DNA of 64,000 nucleotides. Source: Thiotrichaceae bacterium UBA973. Its GTDB lineage: Bacteria > Pseudomonadota > Gammaproteobacteria > Eutrophobiales > Eutrophobiaceae. The position numbers were made by a program, and so were the translations under genes. Shown piece after piece: positions 11,101-21,351 of this stretch (positions within the stretch are counted from its first letter, which is position 1; each line of letters begins with the position of its first letter). The stretch spans positions 21,838 through 85,837 of the forward strand of contig DBBX01000010.1 of the NCBI GenBank assembly GCA_002292815.1, given 5' to 3'. The notes under the pieces are model-generated. The model searched no databases, had not been told where the DNA came from, and was given only the letters and a program-made list of their open reading frames with translations.

Positions 11101-11145
11101 AGTTTGTTGCGAATTGGTGAATCTAAACGTGTCGTTACGAGCTAA
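8107..11145 (+). CDS. RND efflux permease (AcrB/AcrD/AcrF family)
   Basis: 1012 aa; LPVQLTP, GMVLDASIVILENI, GLVVNNAILLV, RLRPIMMST. Confidence 0.95.
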   Translation: MNITRASLANPVALLVAIILLLIFGLISLSRLPVQLTPELEEPEITIKTPWRTAAPNEVEAEILEPQEDVLRGLPGLTEIRATAYEGRGEINLTFTVGMDMRRALVEVMNRLNQVSDYPDDADEPLISSVGEDARAIAWFMIKTTGDNQQAIETYKDFVEEVVQSRFERIPGVARSEVIGGSDRELRITFDPYKVANLGIQLDKVMQLAGTSKDVSGGLSDVGKREYSIRFAGKYAASDLGEMILEWRDGRPIYLRDVATIENRFTDKNSFVLTKGSLSIAINAQRESGVNVLEVMDGLHEAVKELNEGPLKRNKLSIEQVYDETEYIHRSIEMLKNNLGLGVGLAVIILFLFLLKFPATLIVAVSIPICMVASFSVMELTGRTINIISLAGLAFAVGMVLDASIVILENIVRLREKGLPAEEASIEGTRQVWGALLASTATTIAIFLPVVFLRDEVGQLFSDLAITITAAITFSLLTAVTVVPTAAKLFLARKNFTDPYQRLWKLLCKLIMTLTDTWLRRAFWIIVLISVPAAVIYLLNPEKDYLPDGNRNLTYAFILPPPGTNISTLEKELGEIVAARMKPHTDEVKEPYVKHYFFVAFSRGVFMGARAKYDKDVEKLVPLINSVVQGFPDSIAFAKQASLFGNFGSGRTIDMNIQSKNLPSLMTSALQAFISITSIYPNTRPRPGLDLAQPELRLIPNERRIAEAGWDRSVVAALSQTLGDGRFVGDYFDGEETIDIILRSKKWNTPEELESFPVMTANAGVLPLNELVDVVRTAGPEQIRRINRRRTVTLEIAPPADVSLEEALERIKTEIEPKILASLPEDGDIQYGGVADKLTSALENMIGSFLLAITILYLLMSALFSSFRDSLLVMLSIPLATFGGVLALYIINLVSFQSMDLLTMIGFIILLGLVVNNAILLVHQARSAERAGHSRKEAVEEAVLLRLRPIMMSTMTSIFGMLPLLLIPGAGTELYRGLAGVIVGGMMVSTFFTLILLPSLLRIGESKRVVTS

Positions 11146-11189
11146 GAAGACTATTATTAAAGTATGGTATTTTTAAAAATCATAAACAG

Positions 11190-12224
11190 ATGAAAAGATT
11201 CGATAAAATTGTTGTTTTGTTTGGATTGTTCATCAGCTCCTTGCCTTGTGCTCATGCCACGAGATATGTCCTGAGTGATTCAGGCGATACGCTTATTGGC
11301 GAGGTCATTAAAGTTAAAGCAGATCAAAGCGAAACGTTATTGGATATTGGACGTCGCAATGGCTTTGGCTATCAGGATATGAAACTGGTTAATCCAGATG
11401 TTGATACTTGGTTGCCGGTTCATGGAGAAGAGGTCACTTTGCCGGCACAATTTATTTTGCCGGTTGCACCAATGAAAGGCATTGTTTTGAATGTCCCTGA
11501 AATGCGTTTGTATTACTATCCACCGAAGCTTAAAGACAAACCGCAAGATGTCATTACATATCCGTTAGGTGTCGGCAGGGCAGGTTGGAATACACCTTAT
11601 ATGAAGACAAAGATCGTCGAGAAAAAAGCTAATCCAAACTGGTATCCACCTGCATCAATCAGGAAGGAACATGAAGAGGCAGGAGACCCACTACCTAAAA
11701 TCGTTAAGGCTGGGCCGGATAATCCATTAGGCGCTTTTGCCATGCGCTTAGGCAATCCTGATTATCTCATCCATGGCACGAATAAACCTTATGGTATTGG
11801 AATGAGGGTCAGTCATGGCTGCATTCGTCTATATCCGGAAGATATAGAGGTATTATTTTCAGAAGTATCCCTTAGAACACCGGTTAATATAATTAACCAA
11901 CCCTATAAGATTGGGGTTAAAGACAATATAATTTATCTGGAAGCGCATCCTTTCCTAGATGAGGACACAGAAAAATACGAGAATAATCTTACTAGTGTTG
12001 TCGCCTTGATTATTGATGTGTCAAACGATGATGATTATGAACTTGATTGGTCTGCCGCGTATGACGCTATAAACAATCCTACTGGATTGCCTATTGCTAT
12101 AGGGAAACTGTTACCAAATGTCATGCAGGCAAAAGTTGAAGAAGCATTAACCAAAGCGTTGACACAGGCAGAAAAATTTAATCTACAGTTGCAGCTAGAC
12201 TCCCAAATCGTTATTTCTGATTAG
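11190..12224 (+). CDS. L,D-transpeptidase (ErfK/YbiS/YcfS/YnhG family)
   Basis: Signal peptide, LysM-like segment, NVPEMRLYYY, GPDNPLG, catalytic IHGT...SHGCIRL. Confidence 0.93.
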   Translation: MKRFDKIVVLFGLFISSLPCAHATRYVLSDSGDTLIGEVIKVKADQSETLLDIGRRNGFGYQDMKLVNPDVDTWLPVHGEEVTLPAQFILPVAPMKGIVLNVPEMRLYYYPPKLKDKPQDVITYPLGVGRAGWNTPYMKTKIVEKKANPNWYPPASIRKEHEEAGDPLPKIVKAGPDNPLGAFAMRLGNPDYLIHGTNKPYGIGMRVSHGCIRLYPEDIEVLFSEVSLRTPVNIINQPYKIGVKDNIIYLEAHPFLDEDTEKYENNLTSVVALIIDVSNDDDYELDWSAAYDAINNPTGLPIAIGKLLPNVMQAKVEEALTKALTQAEKFNLQLQLDSQIVISD

Positions 12225-12276
12225 TGGACAATGTCGTTTCTATACGACGAAATTTGTTCTATTCACAAAATTAAGC

Positions 12277-12310
12277 ATGCCGTTCCTGCGCATCCATGCG
12301 CTCACGGCAT
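12277..12310. repeat. Nested REP-like palindrome
   Basis: ATGCCGT-tcct-GCGCAT-cc-ATGCGC-tc-ACGGCAT: outer 7-bp and inner 6-bp inverted repeats. Confidence 0.55.
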
Positions 12311-12327
12311 ACGTACATATCGTACGC

Positions 12328-12360
12328 AAAAAGGCCCTGATTGAAAACAATCAGGGCCTT
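12328..12360 (-). terminator. Rho-independent terminator of the Lpp/OprI-like gene
   Basis: Perfect 13-bp stem AAGGCCCTGATTG-aaaa-CAATCAGGGCCTT with a U-run on the minus strand, 26 nt after the stop. Confidence 0.85.
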
Positions 12361-12385
12361 CAAATATAAATTAAAATCTAATTTA

Positions 12386-12679
12386 TTATTTCATCATTGC
12401 TTTTTCAAACATACGATCAATTTTGTCAGAATTTGCTTTACAACATGCTGAAGCCTCGTCAGCTGATGCTTGCGCGCTTGAAGCAGCAAGTGCAGCGTCT
12501 GATGCTGTGCCTTGGGCTTTTGTCGCCAAGCTATGTGCATCATTTGCTTTTGACATTGCAGCGGCAGCGGCAGCACTATTCGCCTGAATATCAGCTTGCA
12601 TTTTTTTCATGTCTGCACAACCACCAAGCATTGCGAGTGAGAGTGCTAGTACGCCAACTTTGATTATTTTTGTTTGCAT
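12386..12679 (-). CDS. Lpp/OprI-like alanine-zipper lipoprotein
   Basis: Lipobox LGGC, Ala-rich coiled coil, C-terminal KIDRMFEKAMMK ending in Lys; SD GGAG upstream. Confidence 0.9.
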   Translation of the reverse strand: MQTKIIKVGVLALSLAMLGGCADMKKMQADIQANSAAAAAAMSKANDAHSLATKAQGTASDAALAASSAQASADEASACCKANSDKIDRMFEKAMMK

Positions 12680-12837
12680 TGTTCGATCTCCAGTTAAACA
12701 ATTGCTGAGGTTACCCCCAGATGAATAGGTTTCGTTTCATAATGATGAACCATTTCAGTGTGTTAATCAATTTCTAAAAGCAAAAAATGAGACCAAATAT
12801 ACTTTAATAATCTCAATTTATTGAATCAAGATAAATC

Positions 12838-13206
12838 TTAACGACCAGCACCTGAACCTGATGTTTTCATGCGCTTATCATAGTGGTCAAAGGTAAAACT
12901 CACTAGAGCATTTTCCAGACCTGACATCGGGTTATCTTCGCAATATTCAGTGAGCCAGCCGAGGACTTCGTCTTCTTTCATTCTGCCAGTAATACTGTAA
13001 GTTTTTTCCGTAAATATATTGTAGGCCGTTAAAAAACCTTTTATGTAATGTTTATATTTTTCGTTACCGTCTTTTGTCATAGCTTCGTTATAGCCAAAAC
13101 AGGATTTTTTACCGATTCCCCATACTGCATAATTTCCATTGCTATCAACGGCCAAGGTGATAGAGGGCATCAATAAAAGACTGATTATAATTGCTAAAGA
13201 TTTCAT
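12838..13206 (-). CDS. Small secreted hypothetical protein with a conserved-looking Cys pair
   Basis: Signal peptide; G.G..SC, Y..GFLTAYN, WL..YC..NP pattern; SD GAGG. Confidence 0.7.
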   Translation of the reverse strand: MKSLAIIISLLLMPSITLAVDSNGNYAVWGIGKKSCFGYNEAMTKDGNEKYKHYIKGFLTAYNIFTEKTYSITGRMKEDEVLGWLTEYCEDNPMSGLENALVSFTFDHYDKRMKTSGSGAGR

Positions 13207-13253
13207 TTGTACTTCCTCATTATTGTTATCGTTCGTTATTTTTTCTTATTCAC

Positions 13254-14429
13254 TTATCCTATTATGCCTTTGAGACCTGCTAGTAAGCGTTTAATTCCTG
13301 TCTCAGATGATTCCTTGTCCAGGGCGCCGTAGGCGATACGGCAATAACAGCCGTCATGCATGCCGAAGGTCTCACCTGGAATTACAGCTACTTTGTGTTC
13401 TCTGATTAGTCGTTCTACGAGTTGCATACCTGTGAGTGTCGTATTGAGTTTAACCAGAAAATAAAAAGCACCTTTGGAATCAGGCGTTGAGCAGAGATCG
13501 TTGATGCTTTCTAGTGCTGTAAATAAACTACTGCGAACACGATCAAGCTGTTTTAAATGTGACTGAGTATATGCTCGACCTACTTGCATGGCCGCAATCG
13601 CAGCGTCTTGCGCTATACGGGTTGGGCAAATAAGATATGTATCTTGTGCTTTTTTCACAGACATCAACAGATGTTCCGGGCATATCATATAGCCAATACG
13701 CCAACTTGCAAAACCAAAGGCCTTTGACAAGGAATAAAGTGAAATAGTGTATTGATCCGCCTCAGGGATGCTGCCTACTGAAAAATGCTGGGCATTACTA
13801 TAGGTGAAGTATTCATAGGCTTCGTCTGAGATATGATAGAGACCATTTTCCTGACATAACTTATTTATCGCGCGTAATGTCGACTCTGAATAAACCACAC
13901 CTGTGGGGTTGTTCGGTGACACTGTAACAACAGCTTTCGTTTTATGTGTGATGGCGGCAACTATATTATCTAGCGAAGGCTGAAAATCGATATTTGTTTC
14001 GATGGGTACGGGTCTACAAGAGACCATCCTGATAGCCATTTCATGATTGAAATAATAAGGGCGTAATAAAATCACCTCATCACCTGGGTCAGTAATCGCC
14101 ATCAGGGCATTCATGAAAGCCATATTTGCGCCTGCGGTGACGACTAAACTCGAATTGATAAGATCTATGTCATTTTCTTTTTTTAGCTTGTTTGAAATAC
14201 AGGATCGTAATTCATGGGTACCTTCAACCTCTGAATACCAGTTGAAGTCCACAGAAGATTCTAGAGAAGTAACTTTATCGTAAACGCTTTGTGGAGGTGG
14301 GTAGTAAACAACGCCTTGGCCCAGGGAAATTGTCCCTGGAGATTTTTTTATTAAATCTGAAACGATAGGGATAACCGGTGATTGTATATCCAGCATCCGA
14401 TTACTGGCGGTAAATGGTTTACTTGGCAT
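13254..14429 (-). CDS. PLP-dependent aminotransferase class I/II
   Basis: ISLGQG, VTAGAN.A, SPNNPTG, SDEAY, SLSKAFGFASWRIG (PLP lysine). Confidence 0.93.
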   Translation of the reverse strand: MPSKPFTASNRMLDIQSPVIPIVSDLIKKSPGTISLGQGVVYYPPPQSVYDKVTSLESSVDFNWYSEVEGTHELRSCISNKLKKENDIDLINSSLVVTAGANMAFMNALMAITDPGDEVILLRPYYFNHEMAIRMVSCRPVPIETNIDFQPSLDNIVAAITHKTKAVVTVSPNNPTGVVYSESTLRAINKLCQENGLYHISDEAYEYFTYSNAQHFSVGSIPEADQYTISLYSLSKAFGFASWRIGYMICPEHLLMSVKKAQDTYLICPTRIAQDAAIAAMQVGRAYTQSHLKQLDRVRSSLFTALESINDLCSTPDSKGAFYFLVKLNTTLTGMQLVERLIREHKVAVIPGETFGMHDGCYCRIAYGALDKESSETGIKRLLAGLKGIIG

Positions 14430-14492
14430 TGGGTTTAAGAACTGAAATCGAAAGAGTGGCAGAGATTAAGCTTTTTATTCGCTGAGGAGAAA

Positions 14493-15065
14493 TTAATTAT
14501 TCTGAAAAAGCATTTTTCGGCCTGAAAACTGGCTTTTGAGAAATTCCATTTGATCTGCAAGAATTTTCCTGTTTGATAAAGCAAGATATTCAGCCCAGTT
14601 TGGTATATAGGGTATAGCGAGCAATGGCATGTTGGCACGCTCCGGCGTGCGATCACCTTTGCGAGTATTGCAGTGACGACATGCCGTGACAACATTCGAC
14701 CAACGATCTCTTCCTCCCTTGGATATGGGGATAATATGATCGCGCGTTAACGAATCATCATTATACTTGTGCCCACAGTACATACATAAAAAAGCATCGC
14801 GTAAGAACAACTCTCTGTTGGTTAGCGGTGGAGTAATACGTTTACTGTGTTTGACTGGATTGGAACGTTTGACTGCTATAATGGAATTGATTTCAACGGA
14901 TGATCTTAGGCCGGTTAAACGGCTAGTCCCACCATGAAAAGTGAATACACTATCACCAGCGGTCCAGGCTATCATTTCGCGGCTATAAAGATTGACCGCA
15001 TCTTGCCATGGGATCCACCTGACGGGAGAACCTGCTATATCAAGTCTTAATATTAATGGTGTCAT
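14493..15065 (-). CDS. HNH endonuclease (McrA-like, conserved proteobacterial family)
   Basis: RD..LCMYCG, LTRDHIIP.S.GG...W.NVV.AC..CN..K; C-terminal NRKILADQMEFL. Confidence 0.9.
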   Translation of the reverse strand: MTPLILRLDIAGSPVRWIPWQDAVNLYSREMIAWTAGDSVFTFHGGTSRLTGLRSSVEINSIIAVKRSNPVKHSKRITPPLTNRELFLRDAFLCMYCGHKYNDDSLTRDHIIPISKGGRDRWSNVVTACRHCNTRKGDRTPERANMPLLAIPYIPNWAEYLALSNRKILADQMEFLKSQFSGRKMLFQNN

Positions 15066-15189
15066 ATCGCTTTTGTTATTGGATAGACTTTTGTAAAGTC
15101 ATCCACCATAACATCCTTTTGAGATGAAATTATAGTTTGATTGTTTTATGCGAAACATTAACTAAGGTCAAGTCCCCGAAACGAAAATT

Positions 15190-16002
15190 GTGATGAAAGA
15201 ACTTAAAAAACTACTTCTAATCATGAAGTCATTGCGTGATCCAGAGAATGGATGCCCGTGGGATAAGGAACAAACGATTGATTCGATAAAAGCATTTACT
15301 TTGGAAGAAGCCTATGAGGTAGTCGATGCCATTGAGCGTGATGATATTGAAGGATTGAGAGATGAACTGGGAGATTTGTTATTTCACATCATTTTTTATT
15401 CAGAAATGGCCGACGAGGATAATCATTTTAATTTTCAAGATGTGGTAAAGCAGCTTAATGAAAAACTTGAACGCAGGCACCCACACGTATTTTCAGACTT
15501 CAAAGTGGATAATGTTGAGCAAGTTAAAAGCCTCTGGGAGCAGATAAAACAGCAAGAACGTAATGATGCCGTTGTTAATAGGGCTCAAAAACCGCTTAAG
15601 CTGCTCGATGATATTGGTAAACACATGCCTGCTGTTAAAAGAGCCGCGAAATTACAGAAGCGTGCAGCGACTGTTGGTTTTGACTGGACTGATAGCCAGG
15701 ACATATTAAATAAGCTTGATGAAGAGTTAAGTGAGGTTCGTCAAGCACTTCAAGAACCAGATAATACCGAACATATCGCTGAAGAATTGGGTGATTTGAT
15801 GTTTTGCTGTGTCAATCTTGCCAGGCATTATAAAATTGATGCCGAGATTTCGCTTCGAAATACCAATGAAAAGTTTATCAATCGCTTTAATTACATAGAA
15901 GAAACATTAAAAAAACGAAATAAATCGCTTAGTGATGCGACTTTGGAAGAAATGGATGCACTTTGGGACGAAGCTAAAAAGTTATTAACAAATAAGCATT
16001 AA
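15190..16002 (+). CDS. mazG: Nucleoside triphosphate pyrophosphohydrolase MazG (two-domain)
   Basis: LRDPENGCPWD.EQT, EEAYEV, DELGDLL, RRHPHVF, GFDW, EELGDL, MDALWDEAK. Confidence 0.95.
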   Translation: MMKELKKLLLIMKSLRDPENGCPWDKEQTIDSIKAFTLEEAYEVVDAIERDDIEGLRDELGDLLFHIIFYSEMADEDNHFNFQDVVKQLNEKLERRHPHVFSDFKVDNVEQVKSLWEQIKQQERNDAVVNRAQKPLKLLDDIGKHMPAVKRAAKLQKRAATVGFDWTDSQDILNKLDEELSEVRQALQEPDNTEHIAEELGDLMFCCVNLARHYKIDAEISLRNTNEKFINRFNYIEETLKKRNKSLSDATLEEMDALWDEAKKLLTNKH

Positions 16003-16292
16003 TTAACGCGGTTTCGATCAAGATTTATGATTCTGCCATTTGAATCAAACTCTATCTCTGTAATCCATTTATCACTACTGCGTAATGCTGGTATGAAGAA
16101 CCAGGTTTTGCGTAATATATTGTGATGATGATCACTTTTTATAGTTTCGTGATCTGGTGAGCCTAATCTGTAGAGAACCTCTGCTTCTGACATCCCTTTT
16201 CTAAGCTTGATGTAATCTCGCATATCAATCGCATCAGCAGAGGCCAAACAACCATAAAGAAGAACTAAAAGAAGGAGGAGGAGTTTCTTCAT
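15999..16292 (-). CDS. Small exported protein, BamE/SmpA-like or DUF2845-like
   Basis: Signal peptide from MKKLLLL (ATG 16292; ORF track start 16319); L..GMS.AEVL..LG.PD, W.Y/F, I.F...G.I. Confidence 0.65.
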   Translation of the reverse strand: MKKLLLLLLVLLYGCLASADAIDMRDYIKLRKGMSEAEVLYRLGSPDHETIKSDHHHNILRKTWFFIPALRSSDKWITEIEFDSNGRIINLDRNRVN

Positions 16293-16510
16293 GGCATTAT
16301 TATTAATTGCTATTTTCATTAATAGAGTAGGATTGGCAATAGAGGTTCATTAAATTTGGGAAAAAAAAGAGTTCGGTTTCGAAGCACCCATCAGTCAAAT
16401 GCGGGGAGACACTATTAGCTGTATAATCGCATGAGTTAGATAGACCTAAAAACTCATTATAAACAATTAATTATGGATAATTTGTAATGTAAAATATAGT
16501 TATTTTTATG

Positions 16511-16548
16511 AAAAAACGCCGCTTTTTAACTATAAAAAACGGCGTTTT
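16511..16548 (-). terminator. Rho-independent (possibly bidirectional) terminator downstream of folE2
   Basis: AAAACGCCG...CGGCGTTTT inverted repeat with A/T tails on both sides. Confidence 0.75.
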
Positions 16549-16569
16549 ATTATGTTACGTTTGGGAAAA

Positions 16570-17409
16570 TCAGGACTTCTTTTTGTTGTCTTTATCTTTG
16601 TCGTAAGAAAGCATGGCGTAAGCAGAGTGATTATGTATTGATTCAAAATTTTCTGATTCGACCGTATATCCTAAAATTCTGTCATCTTCATTAAATTTCA
16701 CCGCAACATCACGGACAATATCTTCTACGAATTTTGGATTATCATATGCTCTTTCAGTGACGTACTTTTCGTCGGGTCTTTTTAAAAGGCCATATAGCTC
16801 ACATGATGCTACTTTTTCAATAACATCAATTAGCTCTTCAATCCAAATAAAATCAGTCATTCTAACGCAAGCAGTTATATGTGAGCGCTGATTGTGAGCC
16901 CCATAATCAGATATGCTCTTCGAGCAAGGGCATAAGGAAGTGACTGGAACCAATACTTTCACTAAGACTTCTGTTTTAGCATCCCTAATCTGTCCGATAA
17001 ACGATACTTCATAATCCATCAGGCTTTTTACACCAGATATTGGCGCGGCTTTATTCACAAAATAGGGAAAGGCCATTTCTATATCGCCAGATTGAGCATT
17101 CAGTCGCTCGGTCATCTCTTCAATCATGCGTTTGAATGATTGTACGGTAATCTCATACTCATGCTGATTCAGGATTTCAACAAAGCGCGACATGTGTGTG
17201 CCTTTATATTCTTCCGGCAAATTCACATACATGTTGAAATTGGCAACGGTATGTTGCTCGCGACCAGAACGATCACTGACCACAATAGGGTGTTTGATAT
17301 CTTTAATACCAACCTTATCGATGGCTATGTGCCGGGTATCTAGACTGTTCTGGGTATCCGGTATCTCTGTAGTTGCGGGTACTGGTTTATTCATTCGCTT
17401 AAATTCCAA
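16570..17409 (-). CDS. folE2: GTP cyclohydrolase I type 2 (FolE2)
   Basis: [57 protein letters not shown]; alternative ATG start at 17394. Confidence 0.95.
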   Translation of the reverse strand: MEFKRMNKPVPATTEIPDTQNSLDTRHIAIDKVGIKDIKHPIVVSDRSGREQHTVANFNMYVNLPEEYKGTHMSRFVEILNQHEYEITVQSFKRMIEEMTERLNAQSGDIEMAFPYFVNKAAPISGVKSLMDYEVSFIGQIRDAKTEVLVKVLVPVTSLCPCSKSISDYGAHNQRSHITACVRMTDFIWIEELIDVIEKVASCELYGLLKRPDEKYVTERAYDNPKFVEDIVRDVAVKFNEDDRILGYTVESENFESIHNHSAYAMLSYDKDKDNKKKS

Positions 17410-17528
17410 TAACTTAGGTTAAGAAGGTGAAAAAATAGTAAGAAAAATTCACTTTGCTGAATGATTCTACTCTAATTAGGGGTCATATCCATCCTACTAG
17501 GATGCGGTGTGTGATGATAATGTTCCGA

Positions 17529-18422
17529 TTATTTATTTCTTTTGACGATGTAATCTGCAATTGCTCTGAGCATATCGGCTTGTTCGTCGAAGACGTCAAG
17601 ACATGCAAGTGCCTCATTATATAAATCATCAGCTGCTTTTTTCGCACCGTCCATCCCAAGAAGATTGGGGTAGGTTGGTTTATTCATGGCGATATCCGAC
17701 CCCTGTGGTTTACCCAATGTTTCGGTGTCACTTTCAATATCAAGAATGTCATCCTTGATTTGAAAGGCCAAACCAATACATTTTGCATACTGTGAGATAC
17801 GAGCCAGTGAATCTTGGTCAACATTATTAACGGATAGCGCACCTAGTTCTGCACTTGCCCTGATCAAAGCTCCCGTTTTATGGATGTGCATATTTTCAAG
17901 TTCAGCGATAGTCAGTGATATGCCAACAGAAGCCAAATCAATAGCCTGACCACCCGCCATACCTCTTGAACCGCTAGCAATAGCAAGCGTTTCAATCATG
18001 GACAAGCGTTGTTGGACGGTTACCTGGATATCCGGGTCATGGGCCAAGATATGAAAGGATAATGCCTGCAAGGCATCGCCCGCTAAAATCGCTGTGGCGT
18101 CATCATAGGCTTTATGACAAGTTGGCCGACCTCGACGTAGATCATCATCATCCATAGCAGGTAAATCATCATGAATGAGAGAATAGGCATGGATGATTTC
18201 AACAGCACACGCGGGGCCGTCTAAAGCAGATAAATCTATACCAAATGCTTCTCCAGTGGCATACAAAATAACGGGGCGTATACGTTTGCCATTACCCAGC
18301 ACAGAATAGCGCATTGCTTCATGTAATTTTTCGGGCTGGACTGAAGCTTCAGGCAGCCAACGATTTAGGGCAGTTTCCACAGATTTTTGATAAACCTGCA
18401 AGCGTTCTGAAAAGTCGGTCAT
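17529..18422 (-). CDS. ispA: Farnesyl diphosphate synthase
   Basis: GKRIRP, HAYSLIHDDLPAMDDDDLRRG.PT, GQAIDL, KTGALI, FQIKDDILD. Confidence 0.95.
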   Translation of the reverse strand: MTDFSERLQVYQKSVETALNRWLPEASVQPEKLHEAMRYSVLGNGKRIRPVILYATGEAFGIDLSALDGPACAVEIIHAYSLIHDDLPAMDDDDLRRGRPTCHKAYDDATAILAGDALQALSFHILAHDPDIQVTVQQRLSMIETLAIASGSRGMAGGQAIDLASVGISLTIAELENMHIHKTGALIRASAELGALSVNNVDQDSLARISQYAKCIGLAFQIKDDILDIESDTETLGKPQGSDIAMNKPTYPNLLGMDGAKKAADDLYNEALACLDVFDEQADMLRAIADYIVKRNK

Positions 18423-18668
18423 TTATTCTTGATTATCGTCTGGGTTGAAAGGTTCTAATTTAGTGTTCCCGTCTTTGCCCAGTAAAATGCTGACTTTTTG
18501 TTCGGCTTCACTCAAGGCCTGCTGGCATGTTTTGGTTAACAGAATGCCTCGTTCAAAATGTTTAAGTGATTCTTCCAGAGACAAATCACCTTTTTCCATA
18601 GTTTGTACTAGCTGTTCAAGCTCAGCTAATGTCTTTTCAAAGTTGATTGAACTAGTCTTCTTTGGCAC
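18423..18668 (-). CDS. xseB: Exodeoxyribonuclease VII small subunit
   Basis: FE..L.ELE.LV..ME.G.LSLEESL..FERG..L...CQ..L..AEQKV; adjacent to ispA. Confidence 0.95.
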   Translation of the reverse strand: MPKKTSSINFEKTLAELEQLVQTMEKGDLSLEESLKHFERGILLTKTCQQALSEAEQKVSILLGKDGNTKLEPFNPDDNQE

Positions 18669-18892
18669 AAGATATCTCTAAAAGTAAATGCGTTAAAGTA
18701 CGGGATGACGCTAAAAACGCGCATATATTATCATCACTTGGCCTCATTACCAGTCGGTCACATCTTAAAATCATAATTTCATATCTCGTTTGACAGAAAT
18801 ATAGGTTTAAGCAAAAGTTTTAACAGCTTACACATAGTCTAATTTGTGGTGAATTTGATTGATATAGAATAAAAAACACCTAGAGGATAAGT

Positions 18893-18975
18893 ATGGAACA
18901 CAAATGCTCTAAAATTGAAGAGAATCTAAAAGCAGCATAGCTGGAGAATCTCAAGCAAACCGCTGTTATCTTTCC
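18893..18975 (+). pseudogene. Rubrerythrin 5' remnant (frameshifted, truncated)
   Basis: SD AGAGGA, then ATG at 18893: MEHKCSKIEENLKAA, a 1-nt deletion at about 18938, then AGESQANRCYL. This matches the rubrerythrin N-terminus M.LKGSKTEENLK.AFAGESQANRRYLYF. Confidence 0.85.
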
Positions 18976-18985
18976 TTATCTTTTT

Positions 18986-19167
18986 TCGGATGAAGATCTT
19001 GAGCGAGATAATGAAAACAAAACATTTTCTGTTCACTTCATGCGGTTTGAATGGAGTCTTAAAATGGCCGCTGCATTGAAACAGGGCAGCCAGTTATCGG
19101 CTGACATTCATCACCCTGCTTTTGAACACACTATATTCGTGATTCTCTAGTTTCCGATCTAGATTAA
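18986..19167 (+). pseudogene. DUF3501 family 3' remnant
   Basis: SDEDLERDNENKTFSVHFMRFEWSLKMAAALKQGSQLSADIHHPAFEHT, then a frame change to IRDSLVSDLD* (TAA 19165-19167). Resembles the DUF3501 C-terminus ADEDLEREN.EKTSSVHFLRFEL. Confidence 0.75.
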
Positions 19168-19268
19168 ACATTAAATTTCCTTATACTCATTTCAAAAGAG
19201 TATAATCTGCCAACTAATATCGATGCGTAATCGATATTCCCCTGCACATACAATTAATAGCGAGATAA

Positions 19269-21351
<2,083 letters not shown>

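Noticed and set aside
14493-16002. HNH nuclease plus MazG as an anti-phage or abortive-infection module
   Set aside because: The genes are divergent, MazG is the ordinary two-domain housekeeping type, the HNH looks like a common stand-alone family, and there is no defence-island context.
16361-16420. Riboswitch (preQ1, ZTP, fluoride) linked to folE2
   Set aside because: It lies downstream of folE2 and its terminator and lacks the consensus of those aptamers; kept only as an sRNA candidate.
18700-18880. Remnant of a Fur/PerR-family regulator upstream of the rubrerythrin scar
   Set aside because: Plausible by context, but I could not read a convincing peptide motif in any frame.
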